The position numbers and the translations under genes are program-made. Under the pieces are notes generated by a model. It did no database searches, had not been told where the DNA came from, and was given only the letters and a program-made list of their open reading frames with translations. A DNA stretch of 64,000 nucleotides, taken from NCBI GenBank assembly GCA_964252035.1, contig OZ176200.1; one strand, given 5' to 3'. Each line of letters begins with the position of its first letter. Position 1 is the stretch's first letter. This DNA is from Podarcis erhardii. Its lineage: Eukaryota. Of this stretch, positions 39,092 to 52,194 are shown piece after piece.

Positions 39092-39589
39092 TGGGATGAA
39101 GATTTATGCATTCATTCCAATGAATTCATTCCTCCACTCCTCTCTGCCCTGAATTTATCAGTGTTCTGTTTGTTTGTTGTAATTTTTACAGTAAAGTTGC
39201 TTGTTTCTGTTGTACTGCTCCAGAAGAAACAGCCCTCTCAAAGAAGCCCTCCCAGTAAGACAATGTGGCTATGGATCTGTTCTCTCCCCCCTCCCCCTTT
39301 AAAAATTATTGGCTTTGTTATTCTGCTTCCTCCTTTTCTTTGCTTGCACATACCAAACAGCTTAGTGCAAGCTAGTAATTTGGAAGGGGAGAATGCCACT
39401 GCAGCTTGCTAAACAAAGTGAAAAGAGGGGGTGGAGGAGTGGGGGGGGGCTGGCTTTCTCAGCCGTGTTTGCAAGTTCTCTCCTCGGTACAGGATGCTGC
39501 GCTGGGAGAACGATGAATAAAAAGGCCACAGATAAATGGCATAGGAAGGGGAAATGGCGAAAGCTGAGAGGGCTGCCATTCCGAGTTCA

Positions 39590-39757
39590 CTTAGGAACAT
39601 AGGTAGCTGCCTTATGTGGACTCTGACCAACTGCTCCACCTTGCTCTGCATTGACCGGCAGAAGAGGCTCACCAGGGTTCTTTCTGGAGATTGCAAAGAT
39701 TGAACTGGGGTCTGTCTGCATGCAAAGCAGATGCTTCTACCACTGAGCTTTGGCTCT
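39590..39757 (-). mobile_element. tRNA-headed squamate SINE (Squam3-like)
   Basis: gattgaactggggtctgtctgcatgcaaagcagatgcttctaccactgagctttggc is the reverse complement of the tRNA-like head. The tail taggaacataggtagctgccttat is also present. Confidence 0.6.
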
Positions 39758-40688
39758 TTCCAATCACTTGAAAATTTGGGGAACATGGCTAAAGTGCTTG
39801 CCCAGCATTCATCCTATGCTGCCTAATACGTTCTATCCTAAATTTTACAATGATGGTATATGTTATGTAATAAGGGGTTTCACTCCCTTGTCCAGGTGCA
39901 CAACTCCAGGAGAAAAGTACAAACCATGTAGCTGGCTGCAGATTAATCAAAATCTCCATTCTATCAACCATCCACCCCCACTCAAGCTGCCAGATCACTG
40001 ACCCACCTACCCCATTGGAGGCTCTTACTTCCTAGTAACCTATTCTTGGAAAAGCAAGCTTTATCCAAGATACAACATTTTAGGATCTGTAATATCAAGC
40101 CCCCCCCCCCAATCCTGGTATTTGGAGGCAGAATACTTGCTCTGTGATGCTTAATCTGTGGTGGTTCATTCGCTGGTGCTTCAGTGATGACCAAGCTGAG
40201 CTTTCTTTTTTCAAGTCCTGGTTGGCTGAGTCATAAGTAATTAAAAGGCCTTCTCTAGTCTATTTATGGCTTGGCTTTTAATTTCTAGCTATTTCAAACT
40301 AAGTGCTAGGGAAAGCAGCTCATAGGGGAATAGTTAGCAGTCCCCCTCCCCCTCTTTGTCTGCTCAAAATTGCAGCCTCCCAAAGGTGCTTTGGTGCACC
40401 AGGGGACACTGGTGAGCTGCAAATACAATTGAAGACGTGCTGCACTGTTAGAATCTGATGTTTTTCCATGGACTGTGGATTATGGAGCTTTGGTATGTGC
40501 TGGTTGTGGCAGGTCTGTTGCTAGAGTGGTGTGGTGGGTGCAGATCTCTGGAGGTGGGATGGGGAGCAGGGATTGTTAAAGAAAAGCTGTTCATACTTTA
40601 TGAGTGTGCACGTGTGAATGGGCCATGTCCTGTTTGATGGGGACCCAGCACTGCCTGCCTTTTCACCTCCCTTTGGGGAAATAATAGA

Positions 40689-40691
<3 letters not shown>

Positions 40692-40760
<69 letters not shown>
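40692..40760. repeat. Compound (GT)n(AG)n microsatellite
   Basis: Direct reading. Confidence 0.95.
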
Positions 40761-40764
<4 letters not shown>

Positions 40765-41099
40765 AGAATCAAAATGCAGAGTTATAAAACTCCCTTGCTC
40801 AAAAAAGGTAATCTAGTTTAAATATTGCATAGAAATGTACTGTCACAACCCTGTTTTGAAAGATAAAAATACATAAACTCTTTCTACTTGTTTCCATCTT
40901 GGAAGAGGATGATGGGAGAGGATTGCCAGGAGATTTTCATTTTCTTTTTTTGCTGGATATATTATAGGTCTATATTTAACTTTGTTGGTGGAAAAACTGT
41001 ATGCAGCTGTTCCTGAAACCTCCAGCAGTTTTGCTGTGGTGGCAATGATGGCTTGCCTGTCTTTCCTAGTGCTTTCACCCAACATGTAGTAGACAGCAC

Positions 41100-41280
41100 C
41101 ATTAGAAGAGACCCTGACTTAGGCCAATGACCCATCAAGACCAGCACCCTCCTCTCACAGTGGCCAATCAAATGTCTGTGAGAAGCCAGCAAGCTGGTTC
41201 TGAGTGCAATAGTATTCAGCCCACCTGCAGTTCTCATGAACTGGTAGTCGGAGGCATAGTGCCTCTGACAATGGAGGGTG
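41100..41280 (-). mobile_element. Squamate CR1-type 3' tail
   Basis: aggccaatgacccatc...ccagcaccctcctctcacagtggccaatc...aactggtagtcggaggcatagtgcctctgac. Confidence 0.6.
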
Positions 41281-41739
41281 CCCCCTGACCTGTCCCCTCT
41301 AAGCTAGCTTTCTGCCCTGGGTGTGTTGGAAGATGCTGCCCTGTCTTGAAGTATGATTGAGCTATTAGCATCATTATATAAAATGGACAAGGGAGGGAAT
41401 GCACCTGCCTTGGGCAGCAAAATGTATTGAGCTGGCCGTGCTAGTTGAAAACCTTTCCTAAACGTTATTTGACCTGGGATGGAGACTGGGGAAAAGCTTA
41501 CCTTGCAACATTCTTGAAAGGGCCATGAGCCATCTAAGACCTTGCCAACAAGTTTTGATCAATTCCATCATTCCAATGACCTTTGGATGCTGCATTGCGC
41601 TTTTTCAAGGGCAACGGAAATAATCAAATATTTTCCCATCACACATTGTTTGTGGGGGACACACACACACCCCAAGATTTCATTGTGGATTTGTGAAAGC
41701 TTATTATCAAGGACCTCTAAAATGGAGGTTGCAAATTTA

Positions 41740-41912
41740 AGAACACCTATCAATCAATGCATAGGTAGCCATTGATCCATCTAGCTTCATATCAGCTACC
41801 ACATTACGTAGCAGTGGGTCTCCTGGGTTTCTGACAGGGGCCTTTCAGCCTTTCAGCCTTACCTGAAGATGCCACGAATTGAACCTGGGACCTTCTGCAT
41901 GCAAAGCACTAC
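41740..41912 (-). mobile_element. tRNA-headed squamate SINE (Squam3-like), partial
   Basis: aattgaacctgggaccttctgcatgcaaagc, plus body ccatctagc...ctcctgggtttctgacagggg. Confidence 0.6.
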
Positions 41913-42489
41913 TTTCCTTCCTCCTAATAGGAAGTAAATCCCACTGAGCTCAGTGAAATTTGCATCCCTTGTGTCAACGTGCTTAGGATTGTGCTGCATG
42001 TCTCCTACAACCTTCCAATAATTCCCAGGGTGTTTGTTCCTTGCCTCTGGGATTTTGATTCTTCCAATATTTACTGCTGGTCTAACACAGCGTGATGTTG
42101 GGAGCCTCTGAGTCTTGGTCTCTGGAGTGTGGTGCAGGAGACTAAAGGAGTGGCGGTGTCCCCTTCTGGGTCCAGGCTTGAAAATGATGAGCAAAAACAG
42201 TCAAAAATGGGGCCATGCCATTGGAGCTACTGACACATTAAACCACTGCCATCAGGTGCCCATGTTTTGTCCCGCCTTGCCTGTTTATTTCTCTTTCTCA
42301 GCGGAGTCTGTTGGAGTAAATGAGGCACTGCTTTTGCCATCTCCAGTCTGCACTCAGCTAGCCCCCACCTACTTACAACCCACCCACAGGGTGCTGCTGG
42401 CTCTCAGCTCCCTCCTCCCTATACTCGGTGCTGCCCTGTAGAAGTCAGCGAGGAGGAGGGTGGGGACAATACTAGAATTTGTGTGCTTC

Positions 42490-42633
42490 TTCTGTCATTG
42501 GCTGTGGCTCCCTGCCTTCCGCCCTACCAGCCCCAGTGGCCAGTAGCTGCCACGGCCCCTTCTTACGTCTTTTGCTGCAAGCTCTTCGGAACAGGAGACT
42601 GTTTGCCAGCCATACTTGGCAGCACAGTTCAAA
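42490..42633 (+). promoter_or_regulatory. Candidate proximal promoter and non-coding first exon of CEND1
   Basis: Inverted CCAAT (ATTGG, 42497-42501), GC box CCGCCC (42519-42524), local CpGs, and a consensus donor AAA|GTAAGT after 42633, 486 nt upstream of the strong acceptor at 43118-43119. Confidence 0.45.
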
Positions 42634-43354
42634 GTAAGTAGCCGCCATAAATGAGCACTGCCTTTTCTTAGAAAGTAAAATACAGAGGCCTCCCCCAAAC
42701 ATTTTTGTTTAGAACTGCCTACCCAGATATTTAGAAAGTTGGTGCGAGTTTTTAATCTGTTTTATCATCTATTGTTATTTTAGCTTGATTTTTTTTAAAT
42801 TACAGGTAATGTTTTTCTTTCATTCCTATTTTTTGTAAACAATCAGGCAGTGTTTAAATTTTATGAAATGAAATGAAATAAAAAATAGGCACCCTAGATC
42901 ATGGGCTGGTGTCTGGTGGGACAGGGCTGATTATTTGGCCTCAATAGGTCTACTGCAACATCAGCACTATATTACCATGCAAATACATAGCAAAATGTTA
43001 AGAAGTGAGTCCTGAAATACATGTCTGGGCAAAATGTGTGTCTCCAGGTCTGAAAAGATGGGCGACTCCTCTTGATGTCTTTTGTGACCTGACCTTCGTA
43101 TTTCTAATTTATCTTGCAGGTTCTGTAACATGATCCAGCGGCATATTGTTTGAGCAGGGCGCCCTCCGGGAACACGGAATTATAGCTGCACAGGCCAAGC
43201 AGTTTTGAGGCAGATCCTTCTTTATTGGGATTTTGGCTCGAGGGCCAAGTGAAGGGAGCCGGGGTCCGTCCAACCTGTTTTGTGCCTCCTCACCACGCCT
43301 TTTGGTTTGGTCTGAGAGCAGGAGTGGGCGGCCTCCACTGTGCAGCTGAGCAAG

Positions 43355-43777
43355 ATGGAGTCCAAAGGGAGCACCCGTGGTGGAAATAAGCCTGATGCCA
43401 AGACCGCCAGCTCAGGGAAGCCAGAGAAGCCCAACCCTGGCCCTGCCACAGCTGCCGATAAGAAAGAAGCCCCTTCAAAGGAGCAGCCGGCTCCTCCCAC
43501 CACCACCCCAGCAAAAAAGGCGGCAACAGCGGCAGCCAGTGAGGCAACCATGCTGAACAACCACGGCAACATGAAGCCTAGCTCTGTTGGGGGAGCGACG
43601 GAGGGCACAGAGGCTGCAGGTCATTCCGCTGACTCTGAGCACAAAGGGAACAATGCGGAGGAGTCTCCGGGCAGCAGCATTTTTGAGAACATGAAGCCTC
43701 TGATCATCGTCGGAGGGGCGGCGGTGGCTGCCATTGCTCTGATTGTGGGAGTGGCTCTCCTTGCCCGGAAAAAATAA
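43355..43777 (+). CDS. CEND1: Cell cycle exit and neuronal differentiation protein 1 (BM88), 140 aa, single coding exon
   Basis: MESKG...KKEAPSKEQPAPPTTTPAKK...LNNHGNMKP...ENMKPLIIVGGAAVAAIALIVGVALLARKK matches recalled human CEND1, including the C-terminal TM helix plus RKK. Strong Kozak aagATGg, upstream in-frame stop at 43313. Synteny agrees. Confidence 0.95.
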   Translation: MESKGSTRGGNKPDAKTASSGKPEKPNPGPATAADKKEAPSKEQPAPPTTTPAKKAATAAASEATMLNNHGNMKPSSVGGATEGTEAAGHSADSEHKGNNAEESPGSSIFENMKPLIIVGGAAVAAIALIVGVALLARKK

Positions 43778-46747
43778 ATTGGCACCCAAGAAGCACAGGG
43801 GAGAGGAATAACTCTGGGCTGAATGTACAGTTCCTTTTGAAACAAAATGCATGTGGTAAACTCTATACATACCTATAAATATGCCGTATATATAGAGAAA
43901 GAGCTAAGTAGGTACAAACGGCAATGCTGGCCGCTGCCTTGCTCCCAGCAGATGCGCCAGCATTGGCCTAGCGTGGGCACTTGGTGGGCTTCTGCTCTTT
44001 TGTGTAATATAACTCAGCTAGCAGCAATGTGTATAGATGGCTTTTCTTCTCTGGTCCGTATGAGCTCTTGCGGTGTTTTCCTTTCCTTCCCCACCTTTTG
44101 TCCCGAGGTTGGCTCCAGGGTCACTTAGAGTTCTCAGCTTGGTTACGCTGGATTGCAGTAGAGCAGGTGGAAAGGGAGAGTTTCCCATCGGCAAGGTCAC
44201 CTGTTGCCATCTCTGTTCCAGCACACACTGTAAAGTGGTATGAGAATGCTCACAAGCTAGAGCTTCTTTCCTGATCCAAGGAAGATAGGGTGTCCCTAGT
44301 ACTCGTTTCGTCATAGCATTAATGTGCTCACTCTGTCCCCCCCCCCTTGCCTAAGTTTCAAAGTAGCAGCTGGAGCACGGGGGGCTTTCAAAGGTCAAGA
44401 AGCAAGCATGGCCTGCTGAGAGCCATAGGGTAGCCTTGCCATCCCACCGTGCAATATATGGGCATGGTGACATATAGCAGCCTGGCTGCGGATTTCAGTG
44501 GGCATTGCAACTTAGTAGAGCATTTTCTGTTGAACCTGGTCCTGTGCTGGTAAACCTCTTATGCAGGACTTGATGTCATTGATACTTAAACAACATGATT
44601 CAAAATATGTGGAAGTCAAGGAGGCCTTCTGTGCATATGGATTTGGGATGAATGCTAGTGCTTCGCTGTGGAAGGTTGACCTGTCATTGTATGCCATGTA
44701 TGAAAGGGGAAAGTAAGGAGCAATTATGGGCTGGTTGGTTGGTTTGTTCTTTCTTTTGCTTTCCTCTTTTTTTTAAGCTTGTGACCAATCAACAACTGGA
44801 TTATGGTTTAGGAAGTATTTATGTATGGAGCATCCTGCCCAGGTGCACAGATTTGAAATGGAAGGATTGTCTTTTGCTGTCTGACACTTTATAACTCTAA
44901 TGCTGGAGGAGCCAGACAAATGGGCTAATCCCATTTATTTCACTGGACATTTCAGTGCAGAGAAAAAATGGCAACCGATTCATTGAGGCAACTGCCCCCC
45001 CCCCAATAAATTAGAACCAATGGGCATTTAAGAGGGGAGGAAATTCCCTGTGTCCTGAGTTAGCCTTGCTACATTGGTGGCCTTCCAGAAGAATTAAAAT
45101 CAGACTTTGAGAGGACAAAGGATCAGTGGAATGTATGTTGACGTATCCTTGTTAATATATCTATCAGAGATAATCCACTAACCATAAGAACATTGGGACA
45201 TAAATTGTAATGTAGGGATGACCGTTTGAAACAAGAAGCTTACATGTATATTTTTGCTTAGATTGAATCTGATGCGAAAGTGGTGATTGACATCAGATTA
45301 GTGTTGTTGTTTTTTTTAAAAAAGGAACGGCTAATTAGATTGAACTAGGAGTTGTAAAGCGTTTTTCTGTTGTTAGGTTGGGATAGATATGAGCAGCCAA
45401 GTTTTCAATGCAGTACAGACTTGCTCATAAATTAATGTGGGTACTAGATTTATTTTGCATTTTAGTCTCTGGACCCACAACTTGATCATGAAATAGGATG
45501 AGATGGTGACAGTGGCAGGACTACAGTTCATCGTCTTGAAGACCAACTTTCTCTCCCTTTCTTTCGTATTTATGGTTGTGATGTGATAGGTTAGGTCTAT
45601 AGGGGAATCATTCACCAACAGTCATTGCTTAGTACTGTGGTGTCCCACTGTCTAGAATAATTCTCCAGAACCCACCTCCAGTCTGAAAGCACCTGTATTT
45701 TTGTGTGTATGTATGTGTACAAGCTTTCCTATACAAGCTTTCCTACCCTTACCTTATTTGAGAATATCTGTGTATATAGTACAGTTTACTGAAGTCTTTG
45801 TAAAGCTACAAAACCTGTATTCTTTGTACAAAAAGCAAAAGGCAACCATTATTTGCGCACCTGCATTCACACAAAGTGTCCATGTTTTGTGCCACTTGCA
45901 TTCCACCATGCAACATCCGAAACCATGGTTTCCTTCCAATAAATGAATGTATGGTTAGCCCTGGTGAATGTACGATCATCCCTCTTGTGCTGGGAGCTGA
46001 AAACTACTGCTTCTAAGCAGACCCTTTTAAAATGATAAATCTAGTCAGTATAATCTTCTGATGCAGTCAGCAAAAAATAGCCGTGTACCAGCACTGCACA
46101 TTCTTTATATGTGTGTATGGCACATTCCTCCCTAAAGTTTCCATGTAAACCAGGAGGTGTTATCATTGTGACTCCTGCCCATCATTGACCCTTTTGGAAA
46201 AAAGAAGGGCACTCGCCTTGCTTACACCTTGCCTGGCTCCTGCTCCTGCTTCTCAGCTGCTCCTGCGTTGGCATATTGAGGCAGGGCATAGGCATAGCTG
46301 TCAACGTTTCCCTTTTTAAAAGGGAAATTCCCTTATTCTGAATAGGATTCCTCACAAGAAAAGGGGAAAGTTGACAGCTATGGGCATAGGCTGATGGGTT
46401 CCTCGAGTTTCTTAAGTAGCCCTCGGCCATGCATCTCCAGTCAGTTGTACTGCAACAAGGCACCTTGTTGTGTCTGTGACTGTAAGATCGTTCATTTGGC
46501 CAGGTGGTGGAGAGGGGAGGGAAAGAGGAATATGTGTGTGTGTTCTCTGAACTTACTAAATCTGTGCTTTATGGAAGTGTGAATATAACACTGCTATATT
46601 GGTAAGCCTTATGAGTTTCTAAATGCATGTCCCTGACTATGTGCTTAAAGAAGCTGAGAAAATCAGAGTGTGCTGCAGATTGTGTCTATTCTTTCATAAG
46701 CTTTTTCAACTTTACTAAGTTGGTGTCTTTGCCCAAAACAGCTAGTC

Positions 46748-46792
46748 ACACACACTCACTCACTCACTCACTCACTCACTCACTCTCACTCA
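46748..46792. repeat. (CACT)n tetranucleotide microsatellite
   Basis: Direct reading. Confidence 0.9.
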
Positions 46793-46904
46793 CTCTTACA
46801 CTCACAAATATATATATTGCCTGTTGCTTAAGAGCTGAACTATTAATCTATACCAACTCATTTTTCTTACTTTTGCTCTTAAGGTTTTATATTCTCCCCT
46901 TCCT

Positions 46905-47190
46905 CCAAGCTGTCATGGTACTGCCTCCTTGTATCCTCACAACAACCCTTCAAGATTGGCTAGGTTGAGAGATAGTGGCTAGGCCAAAGTCACCCAGTGG
47001 GCTTTATGAGTTTAGAACAGGACTAGGGAACCTTTGGTCCTCCAGATATTGCTGGACTACAGTTCGCATCATCCATGACCACTTGCCATGCTGGCTGCCA
47101 GTGGTGGAAATTGGAGTCCAACAACACCTGGAAGACTACAAATTGCTTAGCCCTAGCTGAGAACTTAGGTCTTCCAACTATGAACCTCTA
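46905..47190. mobile_element. MIR/CORE-type SINE fragment interrupted by a hAT-like MITE (about 47018-47155)
   Basis: cctcacaacaaccc...gttgagagatagtggctaggccaaagtcacccagtggg is broken by cagg...gggaacctttggtcctccaga...ccctag and resumes with gaacttaggtcttcc. Confidence 0.55.
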
Positions 47191-47416
47191 TGACACACTG
47201 GTTCTGTTAAAGTGCAATCCTATACATGCCTATTGAGAAGTAGGCTCTGTTGAGTCCTTTGTACTGGACTTGCTGCCAGGGAAGTAAGTACTGTATAGGA
47301 TTGCAGCTTTATTTGGTTTGTGGCAGCAGGTCTGCCAGTACAAAGGTTTGATCCACTCAGAGGCTGATGTGTGCTTTTAGTTAAATGCATTGCAAGCCCT
47401 GCTCTCTGAGGAGGGC

Positions 47417-47417
<1 letters not shown>

Positions 47418-47452
<35 letters not shown>
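47418..47452. repeat. (GA)n microsatellite
   Basis: Direct reading. Confidence 0.95.
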
Positions 47453-47455
<3 letters not shown>

Positions 47456-50400
47456 ATGAGGAGCTGGTGGCAGAAACTGCCTCAGGCAGAGCAGCACACA
47501 TAGAAGGGGTAGTAGAGGAAGTGAGTGATGGCTGGATTTTGTGCACCATATTTCTGTCATAATTGCAGGAACCTACTTATCTGAAATTGTTTTCGTATAT
47601 GCCAGAGATTTGTAATCCTTTCCTCGCATTGAGTATCATTTTAATCTGGTGGAATTCGTAGGGGATTATCCTGGGCATAGTATTTAATTAATATTGAACA
47701 GGGCATGCTAATTCACTTATAACCTGCTTTTGGTAGCTGTAGGTCTATATAACTATTTGACACATCATCAGAAGATGCCAAAAGCTGAAGTATGAGCATG
47801 TCACACTTCCTGTGTGGATATCATTGTTTGCTGTCGGGGCATGTCACCTGTTCCCATGGTTTGAGCCCAGGCATCTACCAATGGCGGCAATGTGAAAGTT
47901 TTATGCATTAACTTGGAAGTGCAATTCACTCTCGATTCACTGTTTTTGGTGGATGATGCAGGCCCTAGGTACAAAAAGTGTTGTTGGACTCCACTGAAGT
48001 TCAAAGTGACTGTGAATCTTGAGTCCCTTGTAGTAATGGGGGTCTTGGTGTGTATACCAAGGTTCATCCTGTTCCCCATGTTTACTGGGAATGGGTATTT
48101 ACTAATAGATCAGTGCAAAATACCGTGGACTGAAGAATATGGATCCAACTGCAGGTCAGAATTAAGGTGTCTAGGCAAACCTATGTGACAGGAGCTAGTT
48201 CAGTTCTTTAATGTGCTCTCCTAATGTGATAAAATACTCTGTACATACTTAGCCAATCAATATTGTGAGCATGAAACCAGAAAAAAATGAAATATTCATG
48301 TTTTGAGGAAAGGAGTAGCAGTCTTACTTCTGATTTAATAATCTTGGAAAACTACCACCCTCTGATTTCATATTCAGAAACATAAATGCACATTTGAATC
48401 TTTGCTTCACCCCTAAGCATGCATTAGAAGGGTGGTGAAAATCCGCCTTGAATACAGCAAGGATAATTGATAAGGGTAATTGAGGACCTGCTATTCGGAA
48501 CATAGAGAGAGGACTTGAACATGCACATAAAATCAGTATTTCAAGCTGGCACGGACATAACATTTCTGTTATGTATGCTAAGGATGAAATGCTCTAATTG
48601 TATTTGTTAACTGTGTATGGCTCACCCAGGATTTGGAAGCAGAAGAGTGACGGTGGGGGCGGGGCATTAATTTGGAAGCAGGAAACTGGCAGGAACGGGA
48701 TAAGATTCCTCTCATCTTGGAGACTGTGACCTGTGTGGCTGTATTTAGGAGCAAATGAAATGAAAAGGGAAACACTAAGGTAAAAGCTACATCTGATGTC
48801 ATGTTAAGTCTGAAAAACAACAGCTTTCACAGAATTGATATGTGTTTAAAGCAGACAGGTGGGTTGACAAGAGTTACTTCTACCACTTATCCAACATCTT
48901 GGCTCCATCTTTCACTGCTTCTGTCTGCCCTGCTACATACCCATCTGTTCCATAAGACCTCTGCCAAGACCTTGGTGGAATTTGATTGGGAAGGGATTCT
49001 GCTTACACACTTTGCTTCTTCATGAACCCTTGGCTAAGACACACAAATGGCCCCCGCTTCAGCTTCTCCACACAATGGAACTTCCCACACTCTGCTAGAC
49101 AGTTGTCATGTTTAATTTGACTCCTTAGGTCATTTTAAATGTGAGCTTGAGTTCTGCTTCTAATGTGAATGTAAAACCTGCATTGGCTGCAATATACATT
49201 TTTTATTTTTCTTCTGAATTCTCTCTCATATTGATAGCATTCATATGTACCCCAAGAAGTGTGAGAGAGACCCAAACTGTCTTGAATAAAATAAAATAAA
49301 ATCCTGCTATAGGGACTAGTATAGTCCCCAAAACTGAAGGGCATGCCTTGATTTGAAGTCAGACGTTGACACTAGATATTAAAGTTCAGTCATTATGGAT
49401 AGTCATGCAGGGTTTATTGGTAACAGTTGTAGCAATGCCTAGTTGTGAGAAATACATTTAATTCCCACCCACCCCCATGTAATTCTGTCTTATCATTTGC
49501 CAGTTTTTCTACCACTGCAGCTTCAACTAGCCTCCTGAACTATCAAAAGAGCAAGGGGAATACTATTGCCTCAGTAACCCTTTTGTAATTTGTCTGTGTT
49601 TTCATAAATGTACTTGTGGTGACCTTCTTTGCCCTCTTTTAATTCTTATGCTTTTTCCTAAACCAAAAGTTAGGGAAAGGCATAGAGTAATACTTGCAAA
49701 TGGGAAATGCTAATTTATTCAATCTGAACGTTCGCTATCTGCTTAAGGGGATCACTTGACTAAAACAAATATATACCAGATCAACATAGCAAAGCTCATT
49801 ACAAAAAACAAGTATTTCTAAAGGGTCTCCCCATTATCTCTAATGGGGCCCAGATATAATTTCTTTTTTGAATTGAATTTGTCAAGCAACATCTTGATTT
49901 CCGCCCCTCCCCTGCAAATGAACAGATCCACTTACCACTTAACACATCAATTGGCCTGTGTGTATAACATGCAGATTTGGGTTTCTTTTTGAGTCCATTG
50001 TTGGTGACTCCGTTTCCGCAAAGGAAATGAAAGCCTACTGACACACACCAAGCTAGAAAACTAATTTGTACCTTTTTGAATTTATAATCTTGCCTATGCT
50101 TCTATGGACACTTTGTATGGGCTGCAGCTCAACTCCTTAAAATCAGCAAGAATTTTTCCTTTCCCATATAGTATTCTCTTTTATTTGACTTTTAAAATGC
50201 GTATAAATGCAATAATGCAGGTAGACTAGAAATACTAGATTGAAAATTAAAGTAGTTTAGCTTGTCCCATTGTGACCTACAGTGTTGTATGTCACCCAAC
50301 GCTGTATCCTAGCATTCTCGAGGCTTTCCTACGTAGCTGAATCTAGTATTAGCTTTGAAAATCCATTGTGTGAATGGCGGGTGGGTTGATTGGGAAAGTG

Positions 50401-50513
50401 TACGCTTTTACACAATGTATGTTACTTGCATCAGAAGCTATATGGCCACTCCATATACTATGGAACTGTAAATGATTCCCAATATACCTGTAACTCTTAT
50501 CAAGATTGTGTGA

Positions 50514-50519
50514 AATAAA
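50514..50519 (+). terminator. Candidate distal polyadenylation signal (CEND1 long 3' UTR)
   Basis: AATAAA with upstream TGTA motifs and downstream U/GU-rich ttttttgtgttatgcttgagtgttgagt. Confidence 0.4.
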
Positions 50520-52194
50520 CTATATATATATGTATATTGTACACTTCTTATAGTGACCATCATTTTTTGTGTTATGCTTGAGTGTTGAGTCCTACTGTGT
50601 TTTAATTCTGGCTACATATTTTAAGATGACATGGAGTTCTGCACACAGAACTGGAATGATTTCCCATCCTACCAAGGAGGGACCCTGCTACTTAGTGAAC
50701 TGAAGTGACAAGAGAACATAGAAACTGGTACTTTCTAGCGACACATTTGTCTAAAATATGGAGAAAAAGGAGCCTTAACATGAGAAATTAGGTGAATAAT
50801 ACAAAATTTATTGCAGCCTGTTCAGACTAGAACCGTAGGAATGTATTTGTCTATTCTTCGTTAGTTTCTGGAAATCAGAGCAATAAGAAGGGTGGGTTGC
50901 GAACTACCTAGAGCAATATTCTGAACATCTCTGCTGGTAATACATTTCCAGAGTTTATTTAGAGCACAACTATGCTATTCTAACTCCAAGGCTGCAGGGA
51001 TTTAAATGAAAGCTTTATAATGAGTCTCTTCTGCATGTGCTTTCTCTATTTTCTCATGTTGCCTGCAAGAGGGATTCAAAATGTTTGCTTCAGGATCACA
51101 CTTGTTTTCCATTATACCCAACACTGCCCACATTGGCTAGGGCTTATGGGAGCTGTGAATTCATAAACATCTGAAGGGCGCCAGGTTGTCTACCTTCGGC
51201 ATACATGATTCTTTTTCTTTCAATGTGTATCACTTTGCTCTAACACTGAGGTCCCCAACTTGGCAGACATGGGCCCTTTCCCCTCCAAGGCCTCTTGCCC
51301 CTGCTAATAAAAATGTTGCTCTTCATTTGGTTGGAGGGGTTGCCAGGTTTCTTTTGGGGGGAGGGATATGGTCTGCTTTTTTCAATCTGTGTTTTTTTTG
51401 TTTTGTTTCAGGTTATATGTAGGTGTTTTCTCTAGTTGCAGGAGGGTTCTGAGCACTACCAATATGTATTCTGTGCCTTGGAGCAAACTCCAAGGGACCT
51501 TGGGCCCACCAATAAAATATTTGAGGGGACTGCCCTCCCCCAAGTTGTTGGGCATTGTCATTCAAATAGTGTGTGTGCTCTGCATATTGTGATCAATTAT
51601 TTGGGGAGGGCTTACCTCCCCCTCCATTTTATTCAAGGTGGCATCCCTGCTTCTGTGAAATGAGCCAAACTCTTTGCCTAATGTTCAGATGGTTTCAGCT
51701 TCTTCAAAGAATTCAACCCCCTACAATCGGTGGAGTGTCGGGAGATTATTGACATACATAATATACTTTGTGAGCTAAAATGAATATTCTCTGCAAATGA
51801 AAACACACAAACTGGTGTTATGTCATTACCTCACATGAAGTTAGTCAGTCTCTAGTTTCTCCCCTTTGTACTTTTTAGGATCAACAGGCAAAATCCTTCA
51901 TGAAAGAATGATTAGTTCCTGGTTCTCTAAAGAAAAAGTGACAGCATTTATAGAGACTATTTTTTTCCTTGCTAGTCCTATTTTCTCTTACTAGGCAACC
52001 CATGCAAGCTGAGCTATAACTTGTTCACTGCAGTAATCTGATGGCTAACTTCATATTGTGTAGAATAGTAATTAATCAATATATAAACAAATAAATATAA
52101 AAGCCATGCTAATCTTTTGTGATAGAGAAATATGTCTGATAGCACCTTGAGACTAATTATTAACAAGCTTTTCATTACAAAATGTGTATTCAAT

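Noticed and set aside
22325-41912. tRNA-like A/B-box sequences at about 22.5, 39.7 and 41.9 kb, and the Sauria SINE heads
   Set aside because: They are SINE heads that continue into SINE bodies and have no intact cloverleaf, so they are not tRNA genes.
43222-43870. Four minus-strand ORFs over CEND1
   Set aside because: Antisense shadows of a GC-rich coding exon.
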